Below, piece after piece: positions 54,145-64,000 of a stretch of 64,000 nucleotides of DNA. The stretch is from a virus. Taxonomy: Duplodnaviria; Caudoviricetes. Under the pieces are notes generated by a model. That model was not told where the DNA came from. It was given only the letters and a program-made list of their open reading frames with translations, and searched no databases. The position numbers and the translations under genes are program-made. Within the stretch, counting starts at the first letter, position 1, and every line of letters begins with the position of its first letter. The stretch lies in the IMG/VR virus record IMGVR_UViG_3300029305_003084. The stretch is one strand, 5' to 3'.

Positions 54145-55353
54145 ATGTTAGACGTTAATCCCTTCAAAGTTGGCAACGTGTATTTTTGTAAGATATATGG
54201 CAAGACCAACGTCATGACCTATAACAAAAGTCGTCCGGTTCTTATAGTCAGTACAGTGGCTTTAAGTGATGGTGCAGTTATGGTTGCTCCTATTACATCT
54301 AGAAAAGATAAGAATGGTATTAAGTGCAAGTTAAAGGATGATTGCGTTTCGACAATCGCAGTTGAAAGAATGATGCCAGTGAATATTAATAACTTAACTC
54401 GATTCATTGGTAACATTAGTGATAATATCATGACTGAAGTTAGACACGCAATAAACATCATGTTTAATGGTGGTTCCAAAGAAGATATGAATAAGTACTT
54501 CCCTTTCAGAACGAAGTATAATGTTCATGTAACAGAAGGCCCTAAGAACATCTTTATCGATAGTAGTGAACCTATGAATATTACTTCTGATGATGACCAC
54601 ATTAATGATGAAGTGTTCGATACTGAGCATATTTTTATGGTTACGGAACAACGTATTATTGACAATGACCCCGTAATTGTCACTATTGGTGATTCTGATA
54701 ATGTCCCTGATTCTGAAACCCTCCTTGAACCTGAATCCACATCCGATCCCGTAGCTATCTTTGACGACCCCAATCCTGAAACCAGCCCCGAACCCACAGA
54801 TATCTCTGAGCATGAAATCCTTCCAAACCCTGAGGTCATGATTAATCTGGAAAAGATTAATCATAAACCTTTGATTAAGACTCAGACTTATACAACAATC
54901 ATGGATATTATCAATGAGGGTAATATCATGAGTTGTGAAGATGTTATTAAAAGTTTCAAATTTAAACAGCTTAGTTCTCGTATGAATCAGTATGAGAAAC
55001 ATTACCGTGATATTATTATCACCGGTACTATTAGAGGATTACCGATATCTGATATATATAAGCTGATCGAAACTGGAACTATTAGTTCTGATTTCTTCAA
55101 CATCGATAAGCCGTTCACTGTTAAAAAATCTAAGGTATTTACTGTAGATGAAAACATGAATGAACTTATTGAGGAAGGTCATAGGACTAAGCCTAATAAA
55201 AGAGGATATGTGAAAATTTCTACATTATCAGATGATGATCGTCTGTGGATTATTAATGCTGACGTACATGATATTGCAAACAAATTTAATGTTGCGATAT
55301 CCACAGCATACAGTTACAAAGCAAAAGTACGCAATTTACTTGGTGTGCAGTAA
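54145..55353 (+). CDS. PemK/MazF-like domain protein with long C-terminal extension
   Basis: KSRPVLIVS..VAPITS..motif; C-terminal HTH-like IANKFNVAISTAY. Confidence 0.75.
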   Translation: MLDVNPFKVGNVYFCKIYGKTNVMTYNKSRPVLIVSTVALSDGAVMVAPITSRKDKNGIKCKLKDDCVSTIAVERMMPVNINNLTRFIGNISDNIMTEVRHAINIMFNGGSKEDMNKYFPFRTKYNVHVTEGPKNIFIDSSEPMNITSDDDHINDEVFDTEHIFMVTEQRIIDNDPVIVTIGDSDNVPDSETLLEPESTSDPVAIFDDPNPETSPEPTDISEHEILPNPEVMINLEKINHKPLIKTQTYTTIMDIINEGNIMSCEDVIKSFKFKQLSSRMNQYEKHYRDIIITGTIRGLPISDIYKLIETGTISSDFFNIDKPFTVKKSKVFTVDENMNELIEEGHRTKPNKRGYVKISTLSDDDRLWIINADVHDIANKFNVAISTAYSYKAKVRNLLGVQ

Positions 55354-55496
55354 TTAAAAATAAGGGTAAATCTAATTAGATTTACCCTTATTTTTTTCTA
55401 TAATCCAATCGTTTTATCAAAAATTTCAAATATATATTATAGTAATAATAGTAAAGAAATAATTTACTATAATTTATGAAAGGAGTTTAATTAAAC

Positions 55497-56246
55497 ATGT
55501 TAGACCTAAATCCCTATAAGAAAGGATCAGTATTTTTCGCAAAAATTCCAAAGTCTAATGATGACTGGCCTCTTATGCAAAAAAATCGTCCTGTAGTAGT
55601 TTTAAATGAAATCAATACATCGTATGGAAAAGTATTTGTTGCACCAATTACTACAAGACCAAACAAAAATGGCGTACCAGTCAAATTAGAAGAAAAAGTC
55701 GATTCTACAATTTTAATTGATTATGCATTTCCCATTTTTGTAAAACATCTACATACATATTTAGGATCATTATCCGATTCAAAAATGAGAGAAGTATGTT
55801 ATGCTTTTGACATTTTCATGGGTAATATAGATGCATCTGAAGAAGATATTAAAAAATATTTTCCTAACCAATCAATTTATAATGTAGATATCGGACTAAC
55901 AAAAGAATATAATATTCCCGTATCGTCTATTCAATCTCCAACCACACATACCCCATTACCTACAATACATACAATATCTGACCCCATTATTTTATCACCA
56001 AATGAAATAACAGAACTTCATGAAATTATTGAAAATGTCCCCGTTAACCTAGCACCAGAACCTATTGATAAACCTAAGCAAAATCGAAAAGGTAGAGTTA
56101 AGTTTCCTAGTTTTAATACAATGTCTAGAGAAGAATTGTCCTGGTTTGCTAATTCTACTCCAGAAGCAATTGTTGCAGAATATGGTTGTTGTAAAGGAAC
56201 TGCTGTCAAAAAGAAGAAACAAGCAACTGAAAAACTCAAGAGGTAA
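55497..56246 (+). CDS. PemK/MazF-like domain protein, paralog
   Basis: KNRPVVVL..VAPITT; same MLD.NP start and C-terminal HTH-like module. Confidence 0.75.
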   Translation: MLDLNPYKKGSVFFAKIPKSNDDWPLMQKNRPVVVLNEINTSYGKVFVAPITTRPNKNGVPVKLEEKVDSTILIDYAFPIFVKHLHTYLGSLSDSKMREVCYAFDIFMGNIDASEEDIKKYFPNQSIYNVDIGLTKEYNIPVSSIQSPTTHTPLPTIHTISDPIILSPNEITELHEIIENVPVNLAPEPIDKPKQNRKGRVKFPSFNTMSREELSWFANSTPEAIVAEYGCCKGTAVKKKKQATEKLKR

Positions 56247-56252
56247 AACTTT

Positions 56253-56558
56253 ATGAATAATATTATTGATTTTAAAACAAATATACCAAAACCAAATAAA
56301 TCAAATATGAATATACCAGCATTCACATTTCTTGGTGATGGTACAATTCAAGTAAAAATGCATTTTGCATATGTTTCTAAATCATCAATTAAGGAATTTT
56401 GCAATAATAATAGATTTCTATTAATATGTGCATGTGAAAGATTATTTAATATACGTCGTTTAAATATGAGTGATTATGAAAATTTTAATGTATTTTTAGA
56501 TCATGATGACGATGTCGTATATGAGTTTAGACGCAAGAAAAATAATATGAAGGGGTAA
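56253..56558 (+). CDS. Hypothetical protein
   Basis: 101 aa, coupled to upstream gene. Confidence 0.55.
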   Translation: MNNIIDFKTNIPKPNKSNMNIPAFTFLGDGTIQVKMHFAYVSKSSIKEFCNNNRFLLICACERLFNIRRLNMSDYENFNVFLDHDDDVVYEFRRKKNNMKG

Positions 56559-56579
56559 GTATTAACTTACCCCTTCATA

Positions 56580-56759
56580 TTATAAATTTTTATTCTGTTC
56601 AATAGATTGACGAATCATTTCATCAATATCCATATCAACACCCATCTCATTATTACGTTTCTTTACTTTCTTTTCAGTAGGATCTTCAATGTTTAAAGAG
56701 CCAAAGTTACCAACTTCAGTAACAACTGATAAATCACCATAATTCATAGTTTCAGACAT
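56580..56759 (-). CDS. Small hypothetical protein
   Basis: MSETMNYG.. after AAAGGA. Confidence 0.5.
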   Translation of the reverse strand: MSETMNYGDLSVVTEVGNFGSLNIEDPTEKKVKKRNNEMGVDMDIDEMIRQSIEQNKNL

Positions 56760-56849
56760 ACGAAAACATCCTTTCATATTAAATTATATAGATGTTATTC
56801 GTATAATAATAAACCGCTAAATTTAAAATTACGTAAATAGGAGGAGATT

Positions 56850-57344
56850 ATGTATAATACAGTAAGTGCAATTTTATTTAGCAAAGGAAGTTGGTTTAAA
56901 GAACTTAATAAAAATTATGATACAATTCATTATAAAAATATCATTACTGGTGATGAAGAATGGTATAGATTTGATAATAATGGGTATGAATGTTATTGTA
57001 AATTTAGTTTAGGCGTTGAAATTTGGATGATTAATGATAATATCGGAAATGCGTTATATATGAAATGTAAACAGAATAATGATGACACGTATGAAGAACA
57101 TTGGTGGGAATATGATCATAAAATTGCAGCATTAACGAATCAATTTACATCATATAAAGATAGTTACGGTTATTGGGCTAAATGTAAATATGATGAGCAT
57201 GGTAGAATTATATATTACGAAAATTCTTTATTCCATAAAGAATGGACGAAATATGATGATATAGAACAACTAGTATACGTTACAGATAATGATGGAGATT
57301 ACAGAGTATATACATTTGATGACTTAAATATTAAAAAAGTATAA
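56850..57344 (+). CDS. Hypothetical protein with YD-like repeats
   Basis: Repeated W..YD..G motifs; AGGAGG RBS. Confidence 0.6.
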   Translation: MYNTVSAILFSKGSWFKELNKNYDTIHYKNIITGDEEWYRFDNNGYECYCKFSLGVEIWMINDNIGNALYMKCKQNNDDTYEEHWWEYDHKIAALTNQFTSYKDSYGYWAKCKYDEHGRIIYYENSLFHKEWTKYDDIEQLVYVTDNDGDYRVYTFDDLNIKKV

Positions 57345-57372
57345 ATAATATAATTATAAAGGAGCATTAATT

Positions 57373-57684
57373 ATGAACATCAACGATTTTGCTAGAACTA
57401 CTGTAAACATGGATAATTATTTTAGTCCTCCTGAAATTATTGAAAATGCATTAGATAATAAGCACATTTGGATTAAATTTAATATTATTCCGAATATTAG
57501 TAGATTTCATATCATTAAGCTTGTAACTGAGAACAGCGGTCCTCTGTTATTAGGAATGAATTATGCATTATGTCAAAGATTTAATTTAGAATATATGCAG
57601 GATTGGCCTATCATGAATTTCCATGTCACCGATACTGAATTTGGTGATAAGGATGTCACTTTTAAGTTAATTCAAACTAACTAA
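57373..57684 (+). CDS. Hypothetical protein
   Basis: 103 aa, AAGGAG RBS. Confidence 0.55.
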   Translation: MNINDFARTTVNMDNYFSPPEIIENALDNKHIWIKFNIIPNISRFHIIKLVTENSGPLLLGMNYALCQRFNLEYMQDWPIMNFHVTDTEFGDKDVTFKLIQTN

Positions 57685-57800
57685 AATAACTAATAAAGGG
57701 TATGTTTCATACATACCCTTTATTTTTTTAATAAATATTTCAATTATATATTATATTAGTGAGTCCACAATAAAATAATTAAATGTGGGGTGTTAAAAAA

Positions 57801-58454
57801 ATGAGTAATAAAAGTACACATACACGATATTATAATAAAAAAGGTATTGAAGTACCTTCTGCGACTACTGTATTAAAATTATTAAATAAACCAGCATTGG
57901 TTTATTGGGCAAATTATTTAGGATTTAGAAATCTTGATGTAGATGAAGTAGTTAATGAGTCTGCAAGATTAGGGACATTAATTCATTGGTTAATTAATGC
58001 GTATTTAGAAAAATCATTAATTATCTATGTTCCGGATGGAGAATTTCCAACAAAATTAGTTTCATCATATTTCAATTCATTTAAAGTATGGTATAACACA
58101 AATGATGTAGAACCAATATTATTAGAAAAATCATTCAGTTCAGATTTAGTTGGTGGTACATTAGATTTCTACGGAAAAATTAATGGTAAATTAACTTTAC
58201 TAGATTTTAAAACATCAAAAAAGATTAGACTTAGTATGTTTTTCCAACTTGCAATTTATTGTATCTTATTAGAAGAGAATGGATATGAAGTAGAACAGGT
58301 TGGAATATTACTAGTCAATAATAGAAACCGAGATGAAAAATATTTAACACGAGAAGAGTTAAACCCTTATATAGATTTTGTAAAAGAATTAATCAATCTA
58401 TTTCATTCTTATAAGTCAATTAACAATAAAGATAAATGGAATGAAACCATTTAA
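57801..58454 (+). CDS. PD-(D/E)XK nuclease (RecB/Cas4-like exonuclease family)
   Basis: PSATT, GT.IH, GTLD, LLDFKTS, QLAIY motifs. Confidence 0.8.
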   Translation: MSNKSTHTRYYNKKGIEVPSATTVLKLLNKPALVYWANYLGFRNLDVDEVVNESARLGTLIHWLINAYLEKSLIIYVPDGEFPTKLVSSYFNSFKVWYNTNDVEPILLEKSFSSDLVGGTLDFYGKINGKLTLLDFKTSKKIRLSMFFQLAIYCILLEENGYEVEQVGILLVNNRNRDEKYLTREELNPYIDFVKELINLFHSYKSINNKDKWNETI

Positions 58455-58460
58455 AATAAT

Positions 58461-59645
58461 ATGAAAGCGGTGACATATATGTGTGAAAAAACATATATTG
58501 GAGCGGTTATATCAGATATCCATGCTGGAGCTATGGATGCAGTAACTTTATTAGAAGAATTGGATAAAGGATTTTTAAAATATTTAAAATCTTTAAAAAT
58601 CCTTGATTATGTGGTTATTACAGGAGATTTATTTGATAATAAATTATCATTGAACTCTGATCACACTAAATATATATTTATATGTCTTAAAAAATTAGCA
58701 GATATCTGTATTAAAAAGAATGCAAAATTAAGAATTATAAAAGGTACAACTTTTCACGATAATCGTCAATTGGATATATTGAAATTTTTATCTACATCTA
58801 ATTTAGATATTAAAATTTATGACACGGTAGATACTGAGGAATTATTTCCAAATTTCAATGTGTTATATATTCCAGAAGAGTATATGTCTAATAAGGACGA
58901 ATATTATAAAGAATATTTTAATCAAACATATGACATGGTATTTGGACATGGGTTATTTAATGAAGTTGCATTTGTTGCTAAGTCACAAATGTCTGAAGTA
59001 ACTCATAATAAAGCACCAATATTTAAAAGTGAAGAAATATTAAATATTTGCAAAGGGCCGGTATTCTTTGGTCATATTCATAAGGCTCAACAAATTAAAG
59101 ATAGAATATATTATGTAGGGTCATATAGCCGATGGATATTCGGAGAGGAAGAGCCAAAAGGATTTATGATTGTTGCATATACACCAGAAACTTCTAAATT
59201 TGAAGTAGAATTTATTGAAAATCAATTAGCACCATTATACAATACTATGCTAATTGATTATAATTCATCATTTTATAAGAATGATGAAAACCAACAAATT
59301 AATTATATTATCTCGATGGTTCAAAATTTAAATGTTGAACGTCTTCGAATAATATTCAATATACCAGAAGATTATCCAAATCCAACATTATTGACAAATT
59401 TAATTAATGACGTATTTAGTAAATATAAATATATTAAAGTCGTTATAAATAATAATAGTAGAGAAAAACAAAAGAAAAAAGAAATGGAAGATAAAATCAA
59501 AATGTTATTAACAACTTATGATTTTATCTTCGATAAAGGAGTTTCAACAGAAGAAAAATTATCTAGATTTATCAAATTAAAATATAATAAAGATATTTCT
59601 ATTCCACGAATGAGAAATTATTTATATCAGAAAATTAATTTTTAA
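58461..59645 (+). CDS. sbcD: SbcD/Mre11-like metallophosphoesterase nuclease
   Basis: SDIH, GDLFD, GT..HD, GHG, GHIH motifs. Confidence 0.85.
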   Translation: MKAVTYMCEKTYIGAVISDIHAGAMDAVTLLEELDKGFLKYLKSLKILDYVVITGDLFDNKLSLNSDHTKYIFICLKKLADICIKKNAKLRIIKGTTFHDNRQLDILKFLSTSNLDIKIYDTVDTEELFPNFNVLYIPEEYMSNKDEYYKEYFNQTYDMVFGHGLFNEVAFVAKSQMSEVTHNKAPIFKSEEILNICKGPVFFGHIHKAQQIKDRIYYVGSYSRWIFGEEEPKGFMIVAYTPETSKFEVEFIENQLAPLYNTMLIDYNSSFYKNDENQQINYIISMVQNLNVERLRIIFNIPEDYPNPTLLTNLINDVFSKYKYIKVVINNNSREKQKKKEMEDKIKMLLTTYDFIFDKGVSTEEKLSRFIKLKYNKDISIPRMRNYLYQKINF

Positions 59646-59656
59646 GGAGTATAGTT

Positions 59657-60106
59657 ATGGATATTAGAGATATTCGCTTAGTTCCGTACTATTTTAAAAG
59701 AGATTATTATAGTAAGTTTACAATTGAAGAAATACGGGATATGATTAATGATCAGATCCCGTATTATAAGTCATTATCAAAACTTACTGACTTGCATAAT
59801 GTTGTAAAATTTAGTTTAATGTACTTATTCGATAAAAAGTATCCTTCTCGGCATATTAATGAAAATGAATGGATCGTTAATAAAACTAGTCAAATTTCTG
59901 TAACAAAAGAAGAAGATGATGATAATATCACATTCACTCTAAATAATAAAAGAACTGGGAAATTTGATTCAGTATTTAATATTATTATGGTATATATCAA
60001 ACAAGGTAAATATATTATACCATTTTCATCTGTAGTATTAGAAGAAGATTTTGTATTTAATAAAGATACAAATAATACATTTATTATGAAATTAAAGAAA
60101 GAATAA
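59657..60106 (+). CDS. Hypothetical protein
   Basis: 149 aa, AAGGAG RBS. Confidence 0.55.
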   Translation: MDIRDIRLVPYYFKRDYYSKFTIEEIRDMINDQIPYYKSLSKLTDLHNVVKFSLMYLFDKKYPSRHINENEWIVNKTSQISVTKEEDDDNITFTLNNKRTGKFDSVFNIIMVYIKQGKYIIPFSSVVLEEDFVFNKDTNNTFIMKLKKE

Positions 60107-60157
60107 TAAGTTAACCCCTTAAAAACATTATTTTGATATAAGGGAGAGTGAGTTATT

Positions 60158-61801
60158 TTGTTATTTAAAACAAATAAAACAAACCAACAAGATCCAAATA
60201 AATTAAAACTTCAATTCAAATTTGACATTACTATGTTAAATATGATGATTGGATATATTTTTAAAAAATCTGTTCAAATAACCAGAAAATCACTTACAAA
60301 TATGCGACGGTTATTTGATATTTTAGATGTTTCAATATATGAAAATAATGAACAGGCATATGCTAGAGTAAATTTTATTATCAATGCACTAAATGCTAAA
60401 CTAGTTGAAGGCTTTGAAAATGATGAGATGATTATTAATTATTGTCGTACAGATATATCGAATGAGTATAATGATGAAATTATAGAAAATCTTCCATTAT
60501 ACATGAAAATAAATTATGATGAAATTCGTCATATAAATAAAAGTGTAGAAGATAGATTACAGTATTATTATTTATTGATATATAAAGATCCGATATATGA
60601 TACTGTTGAAAGGTTAGATTCTGGTGAGTATAAATCATTTTATGAAATTAATAATAAACTATTCAATATTTGTACAGATTTTATCAATCACACAAGAAAA
60701 GTAAAAAGTTTAGACTCTGGTGATGAATTTTCATTATCTAATGAAAACTTTGAAAGTAACGTGATGGATATTGTTACAAAATTAAAAAATCCATCAAGAC
60801 AGATACGAACAGGAATTCAAAAATTAAATGAGATACTATCTCCAGCATTTATGAGTGGTCGATTATATACGTTTATGGGCTTACCTGGTGGTTGGAAATC
60901 TGGTATGTTACTTAAAGTATTACGAGACACTAAAAAATATAATACTGGTATTCAGGTTAAAAAACCAGGAAAACGACCTTGTGCATTAATGATAACAATG
61001 GAAAATGACATCGCCGAAACGGTTGAACGTTTATTCAATATGGCAATATCTGATGAAAATATCAGAGATAAAACACCTAAACAAGTTATTGATCTTATTA
61101 AAAAAAGTGGTGAATTATCATTAACAGATGATAATGATATTGATATTGTAATTAGATATTACCCTAATAGAAGTATTGATACATCAGATATTTATACAAT
61201 AATCGATGATTTAGCAGATGATGGTAAAGAAGTTATTATACTTGTATTAGACTATTTGAAGCGTATTAAGCCTGCAGAATATTCTAAAGAAGAAAAAACT
61301 GAGTTAAAAAATATTACTAATGAATTAAAAACAATTGCGTTAGAATATGATATTCCAGTCGTTACTGCACACCAGTTGAATAGAGCGGGAGCTAATACTA
61401 TTGATGCTGCTATGATGTCCAATAAAGAAGATTTAGCAAGATTCTTAGGTAGATCCAACGTAGGAAGTGCCTGGGAGATCGTAGAGAATTGTGACTGGGT
61501 ATGTATTATCAATGTTGAAAAGAAAAGATCAACTGGACAATACTATTTAACATTTAAAAGAGTTAAAATTAGATATAAGAATGTATCTGATCTAGGTTAT
61601 TTTAATCATCCTTTTGAGATGAATAATAGAATGAGACTTATTGATGATATTTATATGGAGAAATCATTATCTGAAGATAGTCTTGCATCTGATTTTGATG
61701 GTGTTGATTTATTGAATAAAAAAGGTAAACGTAACGCAACTGAACGAGAAGAAATAGAAGATAGTAGTCTATTTGATTTTAGTTCTAGTTTAACAAAGTA
61801 A
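60158..61801 (+). CDS. DnaB-like replicative helicase
   Basis: GLPGGWKS, ITMEN, LDYL, AHQLNR motifs. Confidence 0.85.
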   Translation: MLFKTNKTNQQDPNKLKLQFKFDITMLNMMIGYIFKKSVQITRKSLTNMRRLFDILDVSIYENNEQAYARVNFIINALNAKLVEGFENDEMIINYCRTDISNEYNDEIIENLPLYMKINYDEIRHINKSVEDRLQYYYLLIYKDPIYDTVERLDSGEYKSFYEINNKLFNICTDFINHTRKVKSLDSGDEFSLSNENFESNVMDIVTKLKNPSRQIRTGIQKLNEILSPAFMSGRLYTFMGLPGGWKSGMLLKVLRDTKKYNTGIQVKKPGKRPCALMITMENDIAETVERLFNMAISDENIRDKTPKQVIDLIKKSGELSLTDDNDIDIVIRYYPNRSIDTSDIYTIIDDLADDGKEVIILVLDYLKRIKPAEYSKEEKTELKNITNELKTIALEYDIPVVTAHQLNRAGANTIDAAMMSNKEDLARFLGRSNVGSAWEIVENCDWVCIINVEKKRSTGQYYLTFKRVKIRYKNVSDLGYFNHPFEMNNRMRLIDDIYMEKSLSEDSLASDFDGVDLLNKKGKRNATEREEIEDSSLFDFSSSLTK

Positions 61802-61923
61802 TAATGATATGGGGATAATTAATTTTATCTCCATATCATTTTTTTTCGTAAAATTAAAAATTATAATTATATATTATAATCTAAATAAAGAAGGAAAACT
61901 TCATAAACCAGAAAGGAAATATT

Positions 61924-62619
61924 ATGAAAAAATATGAACTGACTAACGAGACTATGGAATTCCCTGATAACATCATTTTTTATCGTATTCGTGCACTGAG
62001 AGATTTCGGTGATGTTAAGAAGGGTGATCTTGGTGGATATATTGAGAAAGAAGATAATCTTTCTCATGATGGAGATTGTTGGGTATATGGAAATGCTACG
62101 GTAATTGGAGATGCTAGAGTATATGAAAATGCTCGAATATTTGGAAATGCTGATATACATGGAAATGCTCGAGTATATGGAAATGCTCAGGTACACGGAT
62201 ATACCGATGTATTTGGAAATGCTCGAGTATATGGAAATGCCGAAGTATATGGAGATGCTGATGTATATGGAGATGCTGATGTATATGGAGATGCTTTAGT
62301 ATGTGGATGTGCTGATGTATCTGGAAATGCTCGAGTATGTGGAAATGCTCAGGTATTTGATGATATTTTAGTATCTGGAAATGATCGTATATTTAAAACT
62401 AATCAGGATATTCAAAGAGAACAAAACTCTTTTCGCGACAAAATACAGGGGGTAAATAAAAAGGCTAATGAGTTAGAAAAACTCAAAAAAGACCAAGATA
62501 AACTTAAAGAGTTATTAGAATCTTCTCTGGTATATATGCGTACAAAAGAAGTTGATGCTGAGTATGTAAAACTACGAGATAAACTCGATCGATGTTTCCA
62601 GATCTTAGCTGAAGAATAA
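61924..62619 (+). CDS. Hexapeptide-repeat (beta-helix) protein with C-terminal coiled coil, paralog of 30398-31006
   Basis: KKYELT..IRALRDF..GGYIEKEDNLSHDGDCWV followed by GNA.VY repeats. Confidence 0.8.
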   Translation: MKKYELTNETMEFPDNIIFYRIRALRDFGDVKKGDLGGYIEKEDNLSHDGDCWVYGNATVIGDARVYENARIFGNADIHGNARVYGNAQVHGYTDVFGNARVYGNAEVYGDADVYGDADVYGDALVCGCADVSGNARVCGNAQVFDDILVSGNDRIFKTNQDIQREQNSFRDKIQGVNKKANELEKLKKDQDKLKELLESSLVYMRTKEVDAEYVKLRDKLDRCFQILAEE

Positions 62620-62659
62620 AAATAAAGGGAATGGTAAATTTACCATTCCCTTTATTTTT

Positions 62660-63088
62660 TTATCTTCCAATCAATACTTCATTATCATTAATATCATCAG
62701 CAGATCGAACCAATATATCATTAATTACTTCAAAAATTGTTGGTCTAAATGCTCTAAATGTTTTGGCATCAAACTGAGTTACACTGGTCCAATGATTTAC
62801 TTTTAATAACAATGACCATAGCTCTGCTGTACCATATGTTTCATAACAAAACAATTTAGGTTGGAATCGATATCTAGCGTGTTCCATATCACTCAATGTT
62901 AAATTATAACAATGGCGTAAAATTATATCGTAATATTTATTAGCCAATGATGTATAATTAATAATTAATGTATTATCATTAGATTCTACTAGAGATTTTA
63001 AATACATTTTATCATGAGAAAAGTCTAGTTGTTTATTATAAGTATATAATGATCCAATAGTAGGATAGTTATTAATATCACTATTCAA
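62660..63088 (-). CDS. Putative virion/baseplate protein (LysM-like / gp53-like)
   Basis: YGTAELWSLLLKVN pattern. Confidence 0.5.
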   Translation of the reverse strand: MNSDINNYPTIGSLYTYNKQLDFSHDKMYLKSLVESNDNTLIINYTSLANKYYDIILRHCYNLTLSDMEHARYRFQPKLFCYETYGTAELWSLLLKVNHWTSVTQFDAKTFRAFRPTIFEVINDILVRSADDINDNEVLIGR

Positions 63089-63110
63089 AGAGTATCACCA
63101 CTTTCTTTTT

Positions 63111-63503
63111 TCATTCATAATCAACGATTGTTAATGTTTTATAATCACCATTCGTACATGAACATCTCAATTTAGTTCCACTACGAATAATAGTTGGATA
63201 AGTATCTGATGGACGTGCATATATCGTAGCGATATCTTCTAAACTACACTGAGGTGATCGTTTTATTGTAATATAATCATATGTATATATAGATGATGAC
63301 ACAGATGGTTTACAATCAGGTGCATTAACTAATATATTTTTATTAAAACTTTCTCGTCCTTTTTTTGATACATTGGGCATGATTCTAGGAATCTTTACCA
63401 TAAATGTGGTATTATAATATTTTTGATTTCCAACAAGATAACAATACTCAGTATTTTGTAATTCCAATTCCGATACATTTGCAATATTAGACATATAAAT
63501 CAA
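63111..63503 (-). CDS. Hypothetical protein
   Basis: 130 aa, AACA-N6-TA at 63516-63527. Confidence 0.55.
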   Translation of the reverse strand: MIYMSNIANVSELELQNTEYCYLVGNQKYYNTTFMVKIPRIMPNVSKKGRESFNKNILVNAPDCKPSVSSSIYTYDYITIKRSPQCSLEDIATIYARPSDTYPTIIRSGTKLRCSCTNGDYKTLTIVDYE

Positions 63504-63614
63504 CCTTTCTAGTATTACTGTAATGTTTTCTTATAGAAAATATATGAAATATGATACAATATATAACATTATTATTAATACTGAATTTTAAATAAATAAT
63601 AGTTGGTGATATTA

Positions 63615-64000
63615 ATGAATTTAGAATTAACCAATCAACAAAAAGAAGCTTTAAATAAAGCAAAAAACTGGTGGAAAACCAAATATAAACAAACATTTGA
63701 AATTAGTGGAATTGCTGGATCAGGTAAGACTACTATTGTATATAGTTTAATCGAATCAATCGGATTAAAACATGATGAAGTTTTATTTATGGCATTTGTA
63801 GGTAAAGCTACATTGGCATTAGCTCGAAAGGGTAATTATGCACAAACTATTCATAGTACAATATATGATTTTTCAAAAAAAGTTAATAAATCAATAAGTA
63901 AAATTGATTTAGAAAATGAAAAAATTAAATATGATATTGTATTCACTAAAAAAGATCGTTTACCTAAAAATATAAAATTATTAGTCGTTGATGAAGCTGG
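63615..64000 (+). CDS. Dda/RecD-like SF1 helicase (5' part, runs off window; not in ORF track)
   Basis: MNLELTNQQ..SGIAGSGKTT..AFVGKA..QTIHS..LLVVDEA. Confidence 0.85.
   Translation, partial: MNLELTNQQKEALNKAKNWWKTKYKQTFEISGIAGSGKTTIVYSLIESIGLKHDEVLFMAFVGKATLALARKGNYAQTIHSTIYDFSKKVNKSISKIDLENEKIKYDIVFTKKDRLPKNIKLLVVDEA

Noticed and set aside
54219-55002. Antisense ORFs over the MazF-like gene and similar shadow ORFs (e.g. 2090-2296, 25414-25725, 41550-41906, 42339-42695)
   Set aside because: Overlap well-supported genes on the opposite strand, with no RBS or motifs.
57801-58454. Cas4 spacer-acquisition nuclease linked to the arrays
   Set aside because: Lacks the four-Cys Fe-S motif, sits in a recombination/replication cluster with sbcD and helicase, and is far from the arrays.

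Overview
AT-rich segment of a phiKZ/AR9(PBS1)-like jumbo phage, probably infecting a spore-forming Bacillota host (SLH+SleB hydrolase, AAGGAGG ribosome-binding sites). It carries core genes: family-B DNA polymerase, GroEL-like chaperonin, primase, SF2/DnaB/Dda-like helicases, SbcC and SbcD, NAD-dependent ligase, RecA-like recombinase and tubulin/FtsZ. It also carries three split multisubunit RNA polymerase subunits (beta N, beta C, beta' C) and a probable sigma-like specificity subunit. Those four genes are interrupted by seven closely related group I introns, four with HNH endonucleases; splice sites were reconstructed by hand, giving micro-exons of 9, 40 and 68 nt and one apparent terminal-A intron. 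The most striking feature is two non-coding dual-repeat arrays: 121-1783 (~44 units) and 29134-29376 (6.5 units). Each is built from 36-bp units of 9-bp repeat / 9-bp variable spacer / second 9-bp repeat / 9-bp variable spacer, and each lies between a phage promoter and a terminator on the minus strand. This geometry matches TIGR guide-RNA arrays, but no Nop-domain (Tas) gene is recognisable in the window. All calls are from motif reading by eye; no database searches were run.
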